Assembly (NCBI GenBank): GCA_049607525.1
Contig: JBMYWP010000011.1
Coordinates: 2,110 to 66,109 of the forward strand
DNA length: 64,000 bases
Source: Flavobacteriales bacterium
Lineage (GTDB): Bacteria; Bacteroidota; Bacteroidia; Flavobacteriales; CAJXXR01
Direction of reading: 5' to 3'
Position numbers and translations under genes: made by a program. The notes below the pieces were generated by a model that had not been told where the DNA came from, searched no databases, and was given only the letters and a program-made list of their open reading frames with translations. Positions 19,524-28,069 of this stretch are shown here, one piece after another. How positions within the stretch are numbered: the stretch's first letter is position 1; each line of letters opens with the position of its first letter.

Positions 19524-20099
19524 TTATGGTTTAAAAATTCTTTTTCTGATTCTACTTAAGGATGGTGGTTGCACACCAACATAAGAGGCTATTAAATATT
19601 GTGGAATTCGTTGGGTTAAATCGGTGTAGTCGTTTAAGAACTTTGTATACCTCTGTTCGCTATTTTGCATATAAACCGCCAACAACTGACTGACCATTAT
19701 ATGAAATCTGTGCTCAATAATAAGTCGCCCTAGAAGGTTACCATCGGGAATGGTTTGAAAAATATGTTGTAATTTCTGGAAATCAATCACCAAGAGTTCA
19801 CAATCTTCAATGGCTTCAATATTTTGATTTGAAACACCACCGCCATTAAAACTCGAATAATCAGAAATAAACTCCCCTTCTTTTGTGAATTCAAAAGTAG
19901 ATTCTTCATCGTTTTTCAACACAAAATAACGAACCAATCCTGTATTAATAAAGCCAACAAATTTACAGGTATTTCCAGCTCTCAAAAAGAAATCTCCTTT
20001 TGATAATTTCATGGAAACAAAACTGCTGGCAATCAATTGCTCATCTTCTTTATTAAGATCTACTAGTTGATTTAATTGAGTTAGTAATTTTGTGTGCAT
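19524..20099 (-). CDS. Crp/Fnr family transcriptional regulator
   Basis: ORF 19524..20189. From the Met at 20099: cNMP-binding-like 'KGDFFLRAGNTCKFVGFINTGLVRYFV' and C-terminal HTH 'IPQYLIASYVGVQPPSLSRIRKR'. Confidence 0.75.
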   Translation of the reverse strand: MHTKLLTQLNQLVDLNKEDEQLIASSFVSMKLSKGDFFLRAGNTCKFVGFINTGLVRYFVLKNDEESTFEFTKEGEFISDYSSFNGGGVSNQNIEAIEDCELLVIDFQKLQHIFQTIPDGNLLGRLIIEHRFHIMVSQLLAVYMQNSEQRYTKFLNDYTDLTQRIPQYLIASYVGVQPPSLSRIRKRIFKP

Positions 20100-20140
20100 T
20101 TGGCTTATTTTGTTTAAGTAATTAATGATCTTATAACATT

Positions 20141-20740
20141 CTAAGTTTGAAATCTTTGATAAGAATAAGTACTTCCGTTTAATATCCATTCTGGAAATTT
20201 ATTGACATCCAAACCTTCTCCTTTTTTTAGTCTTAACTCTATTTTTAAACTAAAATCTCCTAAGAAATCATCTCTATAATAATTGATATTTATTTCTTTA
20301 GCACCTAAAGGAACCTCAGGTAACCACTTACTTTTGGAATTAATAAAATCATATTCCGTTTTATCCAAATTTAAATAGATCAACATCATACCGTCGTCAG
20401 ATGATTTGTTGCAAATTTGTTGTTTAATGGCTCTATCTTTTTCTGGGTCTCTATGAACTACTTCACTAATGTTTTGATACAGTGAAATAATTGTTAAGAG
20501 CGGAAAATAGATTAATAAATATATCTTTTTTTTCTTTTTGATGCTATAATAAAGGATAAAACCTATTATCCAAATTCCAAAAGCAACTCCAATTCCAAAC
20601 ATAGAAGCATACGAAGAACTCTTATTAAACACCTCTAAACCACTACAAGAAATATAGTGGCTTTTCGTTACTATTAAAATTATAATTCCCATTACAATAG
20701 AAATGGTCATTATTTTTAATATTTCTATAAATCGTTTCAT
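20141..20740 (-). CDS. hypothetical membrane protein
   Basis: 199 aa with three TM helices followed by a soluble C-terminal domain. No motif. Confidence 0.45.
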   Translation of the reverse strand: MKRFIEILKIMTISIVMGIIILIVTKSHYISCSGLEVFNKSSSYASMFGIGVAFGIWIIGFILYYSIKKKKKIYLLIYFPLLTIISLYQNISEVVHRDPEKDRAIKQQICNKSSDDGMMLIYLNLDKTEYDFINSKSKWLPEVPLGAKEININYYRDDFLGDFSLKIELRLKKGEGLDVNKFPEWILNGSTYSYQRFQT

Positions 20741-20863
20741 TTTAATATATTTTCAATTCGCATTGGTATGCTTGATTTATATTTAAAAAAGTAAAAACGA
20801 TCAAGATTATTTTTATTATTTGACCCATAGTATTATAATAGATGTGTATATTTTAAGGTTTAA

Positions 20864-21190
20864 TTATTCATAAAAATGCTCATAAATATAAATCGAATCT
20901 TTCAGTATATACCCAATTATGAAGAACGTAAATATACTAATTGTTGAAATAATATATTTTTTTCTTATTCTAAGAAATATGGCAGCAATACTACCACCTA
21001 ATGTAAAAGAAAGTAGATTAATTAGCTTTCCATTTGTATATATAGCTAGGTGTTTTGGAAGTAGTGGATTTATTAACAATTTTGAATCGTGGTGGACTTT
21101 AATTATCAAAAATAAAAGTGCAAAAAAAAGGATACTGAGAGAAATGTCATTAATCCACTTATATCGTTTTTGAGTATGTTTTAATGCCAT
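20864..21190 (-). CDS. hypothetical membrane protein
   Basis: 108 aa with three hydrophobic helices. An antisense ORF (20919..21173) is less plausible. Confidence 0.4.
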   Translation of the reverse strand: MALKHTQKRYKWINDISLSILFFALLFLIIKVHHDSKLLINPLLPKHLAIYTNGKLINLLSFTLGGSIAAIFLRIRKKYIISTISIFTFFIIGYILKDSIYIYEHFYE

Positions 21191-21476
21191 TGCTATGTAT
21201 TTTTAGAGTCCATATTCTTTCGTGAAATATTCAATTTAAATCCACATGACATATACTTTTATCTTTTCTTTTATTCGATTCACAAGATACGCATTTTTAA
21301 AAAATAATTCCTTTGCTGTTTTTTTACTTCTTTTAAATAATTACATTTTTTTTCTTTGTTCCAATGTCATAATGGTAAGTTCTAAATTTATTTCAAAATC
21401 AGACTTCATTTTATCAACATAATTTCCTAGCAATAATAGCGTTGTATTATTATAACCCAAATAAATAATATATTTT

Positions 21477-22403
21477 ATGTTGATTTACAAACCATATTTC
21501 TTAATCCTTCAAGGATTAATAGTTTTATTATTCATCATCCTGGGAGTTTTGAAAAAAGAAAAGAAATACTTTCTTTTTTCCTCAAAATTACATTTTGCAC
21601 TCTATTTTATTTGTGCGGTAGTTGTTGGATATTTTTTCAATGAAGATTATCAATTATTTTGTATTCCAGTAATGTGGACCAAAATATTATTGCTTGTTTA
21701 TTCTGCTTATTTAGTTTTTCAGTGGATATTTAAAAATGTATTAAGCGAAGCCATTAATCAGATAATTTTAGGAGCTGGATTGTACATAACACTATATATT
21801 ATTCTATTTGGAAGCATTGAATATTTGATTTGGGCTGGAGTACAACTTTTATTTATTATTCCCATTTTTTTCATCTCAAAATTCTTAAATAAAAAATACA
21901 AAACGCGTATTTTTGATGTATTAAATTTCTATGGAGCAACCATCCTATTACCATATATAATAATGATTTGGACTATTTGGCAAGGTCTTGGTAAAAAAAG
22001 GATTCAAAAGTTTTCTTTACTAATTTTACCTTTTCTTTTTATCTTAATTGGATTGTCACTAACCTTCCGAATGAATATGTTAATAAGCGAAATAAATAAA
22101 GAAGAGAATAAGGTATTAAAAATTGAGACGCTTATAAAAAATCCAACTGATAAATACCTGATCGAATTAATACTTGGAGCTCATTGGAAGTACCATACAG
22201 TGTTGTGCCTTTATGATGGATGGCGTCCTCCTTTTCACGACCCAATTTTGAGTATTCCTCAACTACTTATTCCCTTTCCAAAACATTTTTATTATGATAA
22301 AATTAGTCTTCCAGAAAGGGTAAAACTATATAAAAAGGCCTTTCCGGAAAATAAAAGAAACTTTGACTGTAAATGTGCTAAAAATGAAAGGTTGGATCTT
22401 TAG
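21477..22403 (+). CDS. hypothetical polytopic membrane protein
   Basis: 308 aa with at least 6 TM helices and a Cys-containing soluble tail. Confidence 0.5.
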   Translation: MLIYKPYFLILQGLIVLLFIILGVLKKEKKYFLFSSKLHFALYFICAVVVGYFFNEDYQLFCIPVMWTKILLLVYSAYLVFQWIFKNVLSEAINQIILGAGLYITLYIILFGSIEYLIWAGVQLLFIIPIFFISKFLNKKYKTRIFDVLNFYGATILLPYIIMIWTIWQGLGKKRIQKFSLLILPFLFILIGLSLTFRMNMLISEINKEENKVLKIETLIKNPTDKYLIELILGAHWKYHTVLCLYDGWRPPFHDPILSIPQLLIPFPKHFYYDKISLPERVKLYKKAFPENKRNFDCKCAKNERLDL

Positions 22404-22662
22404 TCTATTTCAATTCTTCCATTTATTAGAATTAAAAACAAAAAAAGGTCTGTACTCCAAATGGAATACAAAAGCTTATTTCAATATCCTTATAAATGGT
22501 ATCCGTATCTTCAATGCCATCCTATAAAATAGCAAATGGAATAGCTATATTTATGTCAAAATTTGGTCCTATATTTTTGTTTAAAAAACGAATAAAAATT
22601 AAACCCTATCATTTATCAATTCTAGATTCTTTATTCATCATGCATTTAATACATTCGGATAT

Positions 22663-23082
22663 ATGGAAAAGAATTTTTCAATTACACTAAAACGCTTAGG
22701 CAAAAAGAAAGTATATCGACAAGAATATAATTTCCAAAATGAGATAAAAACTTTAAAGGATTTAATTGAAGTCTGTGTAGAACAGGAAGTCGAAAAATAT
22801 AATGAAAAGGTAGATAATACATCCATATTACAATTTCTTTCTCCTACTGACATTTCAAAGCAAGCCGAAAGTGGCAAAATAGGTTTTGGAGAACAATACA
22901 ATACAAATAAAGCCGATTTAGAAAAGAGTATCGAAAACGCACTACTAGCGTTTAAAGATGGACTTTATGTTGTGTTTATAAACGATGTTGAGGTAACAGA
23001 CATGCAAGAAAAAATAGATCTCAACGGAGGTGAAGAAATTGTATTTATTCGATTAACATTTTTAACAGGAACATATTGGTAA
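22663..23082 (+). CDS. ThiS/MoaD-like beta-grasp small protein (no terminal Gly-Gly), paralog of 48418..48801
   Basis: 139 aa. The tail 'LYVVFINDVEVTDMQEKIDLNGGEEIVFIRLTFLTGTYW' aligns with the ThiS C-terminal half (...vNgeiv......l.dGD.veiv..v.GG) and with 'ILLIDDEQVEDLQQKYLVDETAKVSFIKLTPLVGG' of the paralog. Its stop is 4 nt from the start of the giant downstream gene. Confidence 0.5.
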   Translation: MEKNFSITLKRLGKKKVYRQEYNFQNEIKTLKDLIEVCVEQEVEKYNEKVDNTSILQFLSPTDISKQAESGKIGFGEQYNTNKADLEKSIENALLAFKDGLYVVFINDVEVTDMQEKIDLNGGEEIVFIRLTFLTGTYW

Positions 23083-23086
23083 TAGT

Positions 23087-26000
23087 ATGATTAATAAAGA
23101 AGAAGCAAAACAATTTATTGAGAAAAAAACAGCTCAAGATATAACTGTACAAGATTTTAAAGGATTATCAACTGATTATCAAAAATTTGGCGAATTGATC
23201 ATCAATAGTGATTATAGAACGCCTTTTTTAAAAAATTATCTTGATATTTTTGGAGAGGATCCAGCTTTTAATCCTTGGGATTGTAAAGAAGGTTTGGCAC
23301 TTGCAAAAATTTTGGTTGGAGATGTATTGGCTGTTGCTTTTAAAGATGCTTGGGATTTAGCATTAACGCATTCCTATCAATGGTCTTATTATAGACGATC
23401 GTTTCGTTCCATACCCTCGGCTCAGTATACAGAGAAGAGATTAATTGCTTTGCGAAGTATCCAATATTATTGCAAATTTTATAAAAACTTAAGTTTTAAA
23501 GAAATTTTGCAGTACGATGTTTATTCAAATTATTTATATAATTCAGAAACTATTCTAGCCGCTTTTATTAACCAATCGGAAGGTAAATATCTAAATTTAT
23601 TGGAAGATATTATTAATAATGAAGATGATATTGCAGGGATTACCAGACCAATATTAAAAGCTTTACTGCAAACCAATGATAAACAAAATTGGGAATTGGT
23701 TGGTAAATTGCTTTTGGCAGCTCAAAGACAAGAGGGCTTAAGACAAACAATTTTAGAGTGTTTAGATGATACACATGTAGGAGCTCTAGAATATATGATT
23801 GATCTAATATTAGAACATGATTTGGCTCGTTTTAGTAGTGTAGTACGAGCAATTGATACTTGGTTTGGATTTAATTGGGAAGCAGAAAAAAAGAAAACAG
23901 TACAACGGGTTTTAGAACTTGTTTCTAATTTATTTAAAAATCCAAACCTTGTTGAGAACACTTTAGAAAGCAAAGATAATCTAGAAGTTTATTCTGCTTT
24001 ATGGTTTATTGCTTTACAAGATGTGGATACTGCAAATAAAGAAGCATTTAAATTAATAAAGACACAAAATAAACAAAAAACGATCGTTTCTTGTTATTTT
24101 ATTTCTCAAACAGGAAGAACCAATACCTTATTTTATAGCTGGATAAAAGATAATTTACATCACAACGATTTAGAATTAAATTATTGGCTTATTAATACAT
24201 TATTAAATAAAGAAAATTTTGATCAAAATATATTTAATCGTGTTTTAGAAATTGCACAATCCATTCCAAAATCTGGACATAAAATAGTAGGTGGTGTTTT
24301 CCTTTGGATGAATTACGATATTCAACAAAGTTTCTTTTACCAAAAACTTATTTATTATTCATCGGAAGAACAAAAAATGATTCTTGCTGAAAAAATCAGT
24401 GACCTTCCTTTAGATAATAGATACCAATTTGTTACTAATATTATTCCTGGATATGATCGCTGGAAAAATAATAAAGAATTCAAATTTATTGATTTAAGAA
24501 AAATTCCTTGGAAAAGAAATTTAGTACATCAATGTATTACCGATCGGGATCAATCTGTAATGCAATTTGGAATAAATGTCTTTAAAAATATGCCACTGGA
24601 GGAAGAAGAGTTTTTGCTGATAGAAGATTTATTAGGTCGAAAAAACAAATCGCTACGAAAAGAATTAATTAGCACACTATTAGTCCAAAAACCTACTCAA
24701 ATTCAGACCACGGTTTCTTCTTTATTAGATGCCAAAAAAATAGACCAACGATTGGCAGGATTAGAAATTCTATCCATTTTATTTGAGAAAGAAGAAGGAT
24801 TAGATTTTATTGAGAATAAAATTAGTACTTACAAAACTCGCGCAAAATTCACTAAAAATGAAGAGGTCTTTTTAGATAAATTTCAGAAGAATAAAGCAGG
24901 TTTTGGTTTCGAAAATGGATTTGGTATCATTGATTATTCTACCTTATGCCCTGTTGAACCTTTAGAAGAGAAAATTGTATTTAAAAAAAGATCTATTCTC
25001 AATAAGCTCACCAATAAAAAACAAGCCCATTTTAGTCATTTAATTGATGAAAATAAAATAGAAAATGCCAATCAGCAACTTCAAATTTTATTAAAAGAAA
25101 AAGCCAATGAGGAATACAATATTGTTTATGGAGACGACTATACTTTCACTGAAATTTTCAGTAATAAAATAGAGTTTGTAAAACAAACATACACCGTTGC
25201 CGAAAAAGAAAAAGTTCATTATTTGCCTTTTGCGGATACATGGATTAATTGGTACAAAAATGCCGATTTAAATGATTATGAATTGGCTCAACTCATTCAT
25301 CAATTATACCCTAGTAAGGAATATATTCAATCAGAAATTGTTCGAAAATCGATCGATGCATATTTTCCTTCCATCACTTTAGCAAATGCGGTTAAAGAAA
25401 AAGAAGTTTCTTATTTAATTATTCTTCAGTCCTTATTTCATGCTTTTGCAGATATTCAAGCTTTCTGTGCTTTTAAGCAAGATGTTATTGAGGATATGAT
25501 CGCAAAAAGAGATCGAACAACCTTATTGCAAAAAATAGAATATATAGATCATTGGGATTATAAACGTTCTTTTACTTTACTACAAGGGCTGAGAAATGCA
25601 TATCCTTTTTATTTATCCAATATTTTTTCAGTAAATAACATTCTATTTTTTAAGCGAGAATATCAATTGATCATGAATATGAATTTAATTATTCTTGATA
25701 AAAGTTCATTAATGGAACTTGCTCGTGATTATAACAAGGTAGATCGTAATCTAATCTATTCTGTTGGGAGCCCCTTAACCATTAAATTGTATAATGAAGA
25801 GGTCTTTAAGAAGAATGATATGAATTTCCATGCTTTATGGAATACAGATTTAATTGGATTAACAGAAGGAAGAAAAATAAATTATATCGATAAGAATTTC
25901 CCAATAAAAGACACAGATTACTTTAAGGATGTAAAAACAAATCTTTTAGAGCTGGAATTGGAAAGAGGAGAAATGGCTACCGAAGCTTCTGTGTATATGC

Positions 26001-28024
26001 AATATATTATCCGAGTAGAAGGATATGGATATTTTTTAAGGTTAATTGAGCGTCTAGGAAAAGAAACCTTGGAAAGAGGATGTAGATGGGGGAACGAAAA
26101 AAATAGAAAAATTATTTTTAGTAGTTTAATTAAAAAAACACATCCAAAGCCAGAAGAAAAAAAGGCCGATTTTATTGCAGAAGCTTTGCAATTAAACATC
26201 ACAAAAAAACGATGGATTGAATTAGCACTTTATGCTCCTCAATGGGCAAATTGGATTTCCGAAATTGTAGAAATTAAATCTTTTGAAAGCTCGGTTTGGT
26301 TTTTCCATGCCCATGCATCCGATTATCGAAGTGCAGAAAAAGAAACGATCATTGCGCGTTATTCCCAGGTGAATAAAACACATTTAGATAATGGAGCTAT
26401 AGATATTTCTTGGTTTAATTCCATATACCCTGAAGTTGGTAAATCCAATTGGAAATTACTTACTGATGCTTGTAAATATATAAGTTATGGAAATGGGCAT
26501 CGACAAATAAAAATGTATTCAGAGGTCATCTTAGGCGAAGTGAAAATTAGAGAAACTCTCAATAAAATTAAAGACAAAAGAGATAAAGTTTCGGTAAAAG
26601 CCCTTGGATTAATTCCATTAAGTAAAACAATTCCTGAAAAAGATTTACTCACACGTTATAATTTATTACAGGAATTTTTAAAGGAAAGTAAACAGTTTGG
26701 TGCCCAAAGACAAGAATCTGAGAAATTGGCTGTAGAAATTGGTTTAGAAAACTTATCTCGTAATGCTGGTTTTGAAGACAGCATTCGTTTTTCTTGGTCT
26801 ATGGAAGCTAAGGCAACAGAAGCGATTATGGAAAACGCTCTATTCGAAGATGGAAATGTACGAATAGAACTGATGATTAATGAACATGGTGAGGCTGATA
26901 TACTTGTAGAAAAAGCAGGAAAAAAACAAAAATCGATACCTGCAAAATACAAAAAAGAAAAAAGTATCCTTCAATTAAAAGAAGGTAAAACATATCTGAA
27001 AAAACAATATTCCAGAACACGAGTATCCTTAGAGAATGCCATGTTAAAAGAAGATGTTTTCACGATGGATGAACTGAATAAGATAATGGTTCATCCCATT
27101 GTAAAGGTTATGTTGTCTAAGTTAGTATTATTTAATAAAACAACTCAAAAGGCTGGTTTTTGGAAAAATAATAGTGTTTTTGATATTCAAGGAAATGAAA
27201 TAAACATTGATTCTTCCGATTCTTTTATTATTGCACATCCATCTTATTTACACCAAACGAACCTTTGGGATGTATTGCAGAAATATTTATTTGAGCAAAA
27301 AATAGTGCAGCCATTTAAACAAGTTTTCAGAGAATTGTATGTGATAACAGATGATGAAATAGAAAAAGGTCATCGTTCTGTTCGATATCAAGGACATCAA
27401 ATTCAGGTAAAGAAAACAGTAGCTTTACTACGTTCTAGAGGTTGGACCTTAAATTATGAAACTGGACTTCAAAAAGTTTTTCACAAAAAAGAAATTGGTG
27501 CCCAGATTTATGCCGAAGCCGACTGGTATTCTTCTGCAGATGTAGAAGCACCAACCATTGAGCATGTTAGTTTTTATTCGCTAAAAACGTATAGAGAAAT
27601 ACCTTTAAAAGATATTGATCCCGTTACTTTTAGTGAAATAATGCGTGATGTAGATTTAGTTGTAAGTGTTGCTCATGTTGGTGATGTAGATCCTGAGGCT
27701 AGTCATTCTACAATGGAAATGAGAAGTTTCTTAGCAAAAGAATCTGCTCGATTATTTAAATTAAATAATGTGGAGGTAAAAGCCAGAACAATAATTATTA
27801 AAGGCGCTATGAGTGAGTATTCTATCCATCTGGGAAGTGGAATGGTGCAAAGTAAAGGTATGCAACTATCGATTATTGCCGTGCAAAGTCAACACCGTGG
27901 GCGAGTTTTTCTTCCTTTTATAGATAGTGATCCAAAATCGGCAGAAATTATCTCTAAGATGAAATTGTTAGCCGAAGATTCTAAAATTAAAGACCCAACT
28001 ATTTTATCTCAAATAATGCAATAG
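23087..28024 (+). CDS. giant (1645 aa) helical-repeat protein with C-terminal DUF4132-type region (MolR/YehI family)
   Basis: It shares with 48812..51724: 'QPFKQVFRELYVITDDE'/'QPIKQAFRELYILTDAE', 'FSEIMRDVDLVVSVAHVG'/'FTEIMRDVDLFVGVASVG', 'YSIHLGSGMV'/'YKIHIGSGNI', 'LLAEDSKIKDPTILSQI'/'LLAEDTKITDSTITSQI'. I recall the '...HP......W......QPF.Q..RE.Y' pattern as DUF4132. Confidence 0.7.
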   Translation: MINKEEAKQFIEKKTAQDITVQDFKGLSTDYQKFGELIINSDYRTPFLKNYLDIFGEDPAFNPWDCKEGLALAKILVGDVLAVAFKDAWDLALTHSYQWSYYRRSFRSIPSAQYTEKRLIALRSIQYYCKFYKNLSFKEILQYDVYSNYLYNSETILAAFINQSEGKYLNLLEDIINNEDDIAGITRPILKALLQTNDKQNWELVGKLLLAAQRQEGLRQTILECLDDTHVGALEYMIDLILEHDLARFSSVVRAIDTWFGFNWEAEKKKTVQRVLELVSNLFKNPNLVENTLESKDNLEVYSALWFIALQDVDTANKEAFKLIKTQNKQKTIVSCYFISQTGRTNTLFYSWIKDNLHHNDLELNYWLINTLLNKENFDQNIFNRVLEIAQSIPKSGHKIVGGVFLWMNYDIQQSFFYQKLIYYSSEEQKMILAEKISDLPLDNRYQFVTNIIPGYDRWKNNKEFKFIDLRKIPWKRNLVHQCITDRDQSVMQFGINVFKNMPLEEEEFLLIEDLLGRKNKSLRKELISTLLVQKPTQIQTTVSSLLDAKKIDQRLAGLEILSILFEKEEGLDFIENKISTYKTRAKFTKNEEVFLDKFQKNKAGFGFENGFGIIDYSTLCPVEPLEEKIVFKKRSILNKLTNKKQAHFSHLIDENKIENANQQLQILLKEKANEEYNIVYGDDYTFTEIFSNKIEFVKQTYTVAEKEKVHYLPFADTWINWYKNADLNDYELAQLIHQLYPSKEYIQSEIVRKSIDAYFPSITLANAVKEKEVSYLIILQSLFHAFADIQAFCAFKQDVIEDMIAKRDRTTLLQKIEYIDHWDYKRSFTLLQGLRNAYPFYLSNIFSVNNILFFKREYQLIMNMNLIILDKSSLMELARDYNKVDRNLIYSVGSPLTIKLYNEEVFKKNDMNFHALWNTDLIGLTEGRKINYIDKNFPIKDTDYFKDVKTNLLELELERGEMATEASVYMQYIIRVEGYGYFLRLIERLGKETLERGCRWGNEKNRKIIFSSLIKKTHPKPEEKKADFIAEALQLNITKKRWIELALYAPQWANWISEIVEIKSFESSVWFFHAHASDYRSAEKETIIARYSQVNKTHLDNGAIDISWFNSIYPEVGKSNWKLLTDACKYISYGNGHRQIKMYSEVILGEVKIRETLNKIKDKRDKVSVKALGLIPLSKTIPEKDLLTRYNLLQEFLKESKQFGAQRQESEKLAVEIGLENLSRNAGFEDSIRFSWSMEAKATEAIMENALFEDGNVRIELMINEHGEADILVEKAGKKQKSIPAKYKKEKSILQLKEGKTYLKKQYSRTRVSLENAMLKEDVFTMDELNKIMVHPIVKVMLSKLVLFNKTTQKAGFWKNNSVFDIQGNEINIDSSDSFIIAHPSYLHQTNLWDVLQKYLFEQKIVQPFKQVFRELYVITDDEIEKGHRSVRYQGHQIQVKKTVALLRSRGWTLNYETGLQKVFHKKEIGAQIYAEADWYSSADVEAPTIEHVSFYSLKTYREIPLKDIDPVTFSEIMRDVDLVVSVAHVGDVDPEASHSTMEMRSFLAKESARLFKLNNVEVKARTIIIKGAMSEYSIHLGSGMVQSKGMQLSIIAVQSQHRGRVFLPFIDSDPKSAEIISKMKLLAEDSKIKDPTILSQIMQ

Positions 28025-28069
28025 ACCGTATTGGTGTTCTTAGGAATGCCAATACCATTTTATTTTTTT

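Noticed and set aside
22496-22690. 64-aa ORF upstream of and overlapping the first beta-grasp gene
   Set aside because: It has no motif and odd composition, and it overlaps the better-supported 22663 start. This is probably the promoter or leader region.
23722-26952. Antisense ORFs nested in the 1645-aa gene (23722..23973, 25918..26202, 26656..26952). Similar nested or antisense ORFs occur elsewhere: 1330..1587, 5699..5917, 8414..8713, 8719..8922, 9766..9966, 11618..11821, 13372..13645, 16206..16460, 16975..17199, 28899..29102, 31529..32193, 32929..33619, 34470..34688, 35540..36628, 37211..37435, 38416..38613, 40653..40841, 41351..41602, 43298..43507, 46290..47246, 48257..48478, 50209..50406, 53942..54151, 55497..55736, 56110..56316, 57317..57649, 62955..63239, 63678..63872.
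   Set aside because: They are short and low-complexity (Ser/Phe/Leu/Lys-rich, as expected opposite AT-rich coding DNA). Each is fully contained in a much longer ORF that has recognisable domains or operon context.
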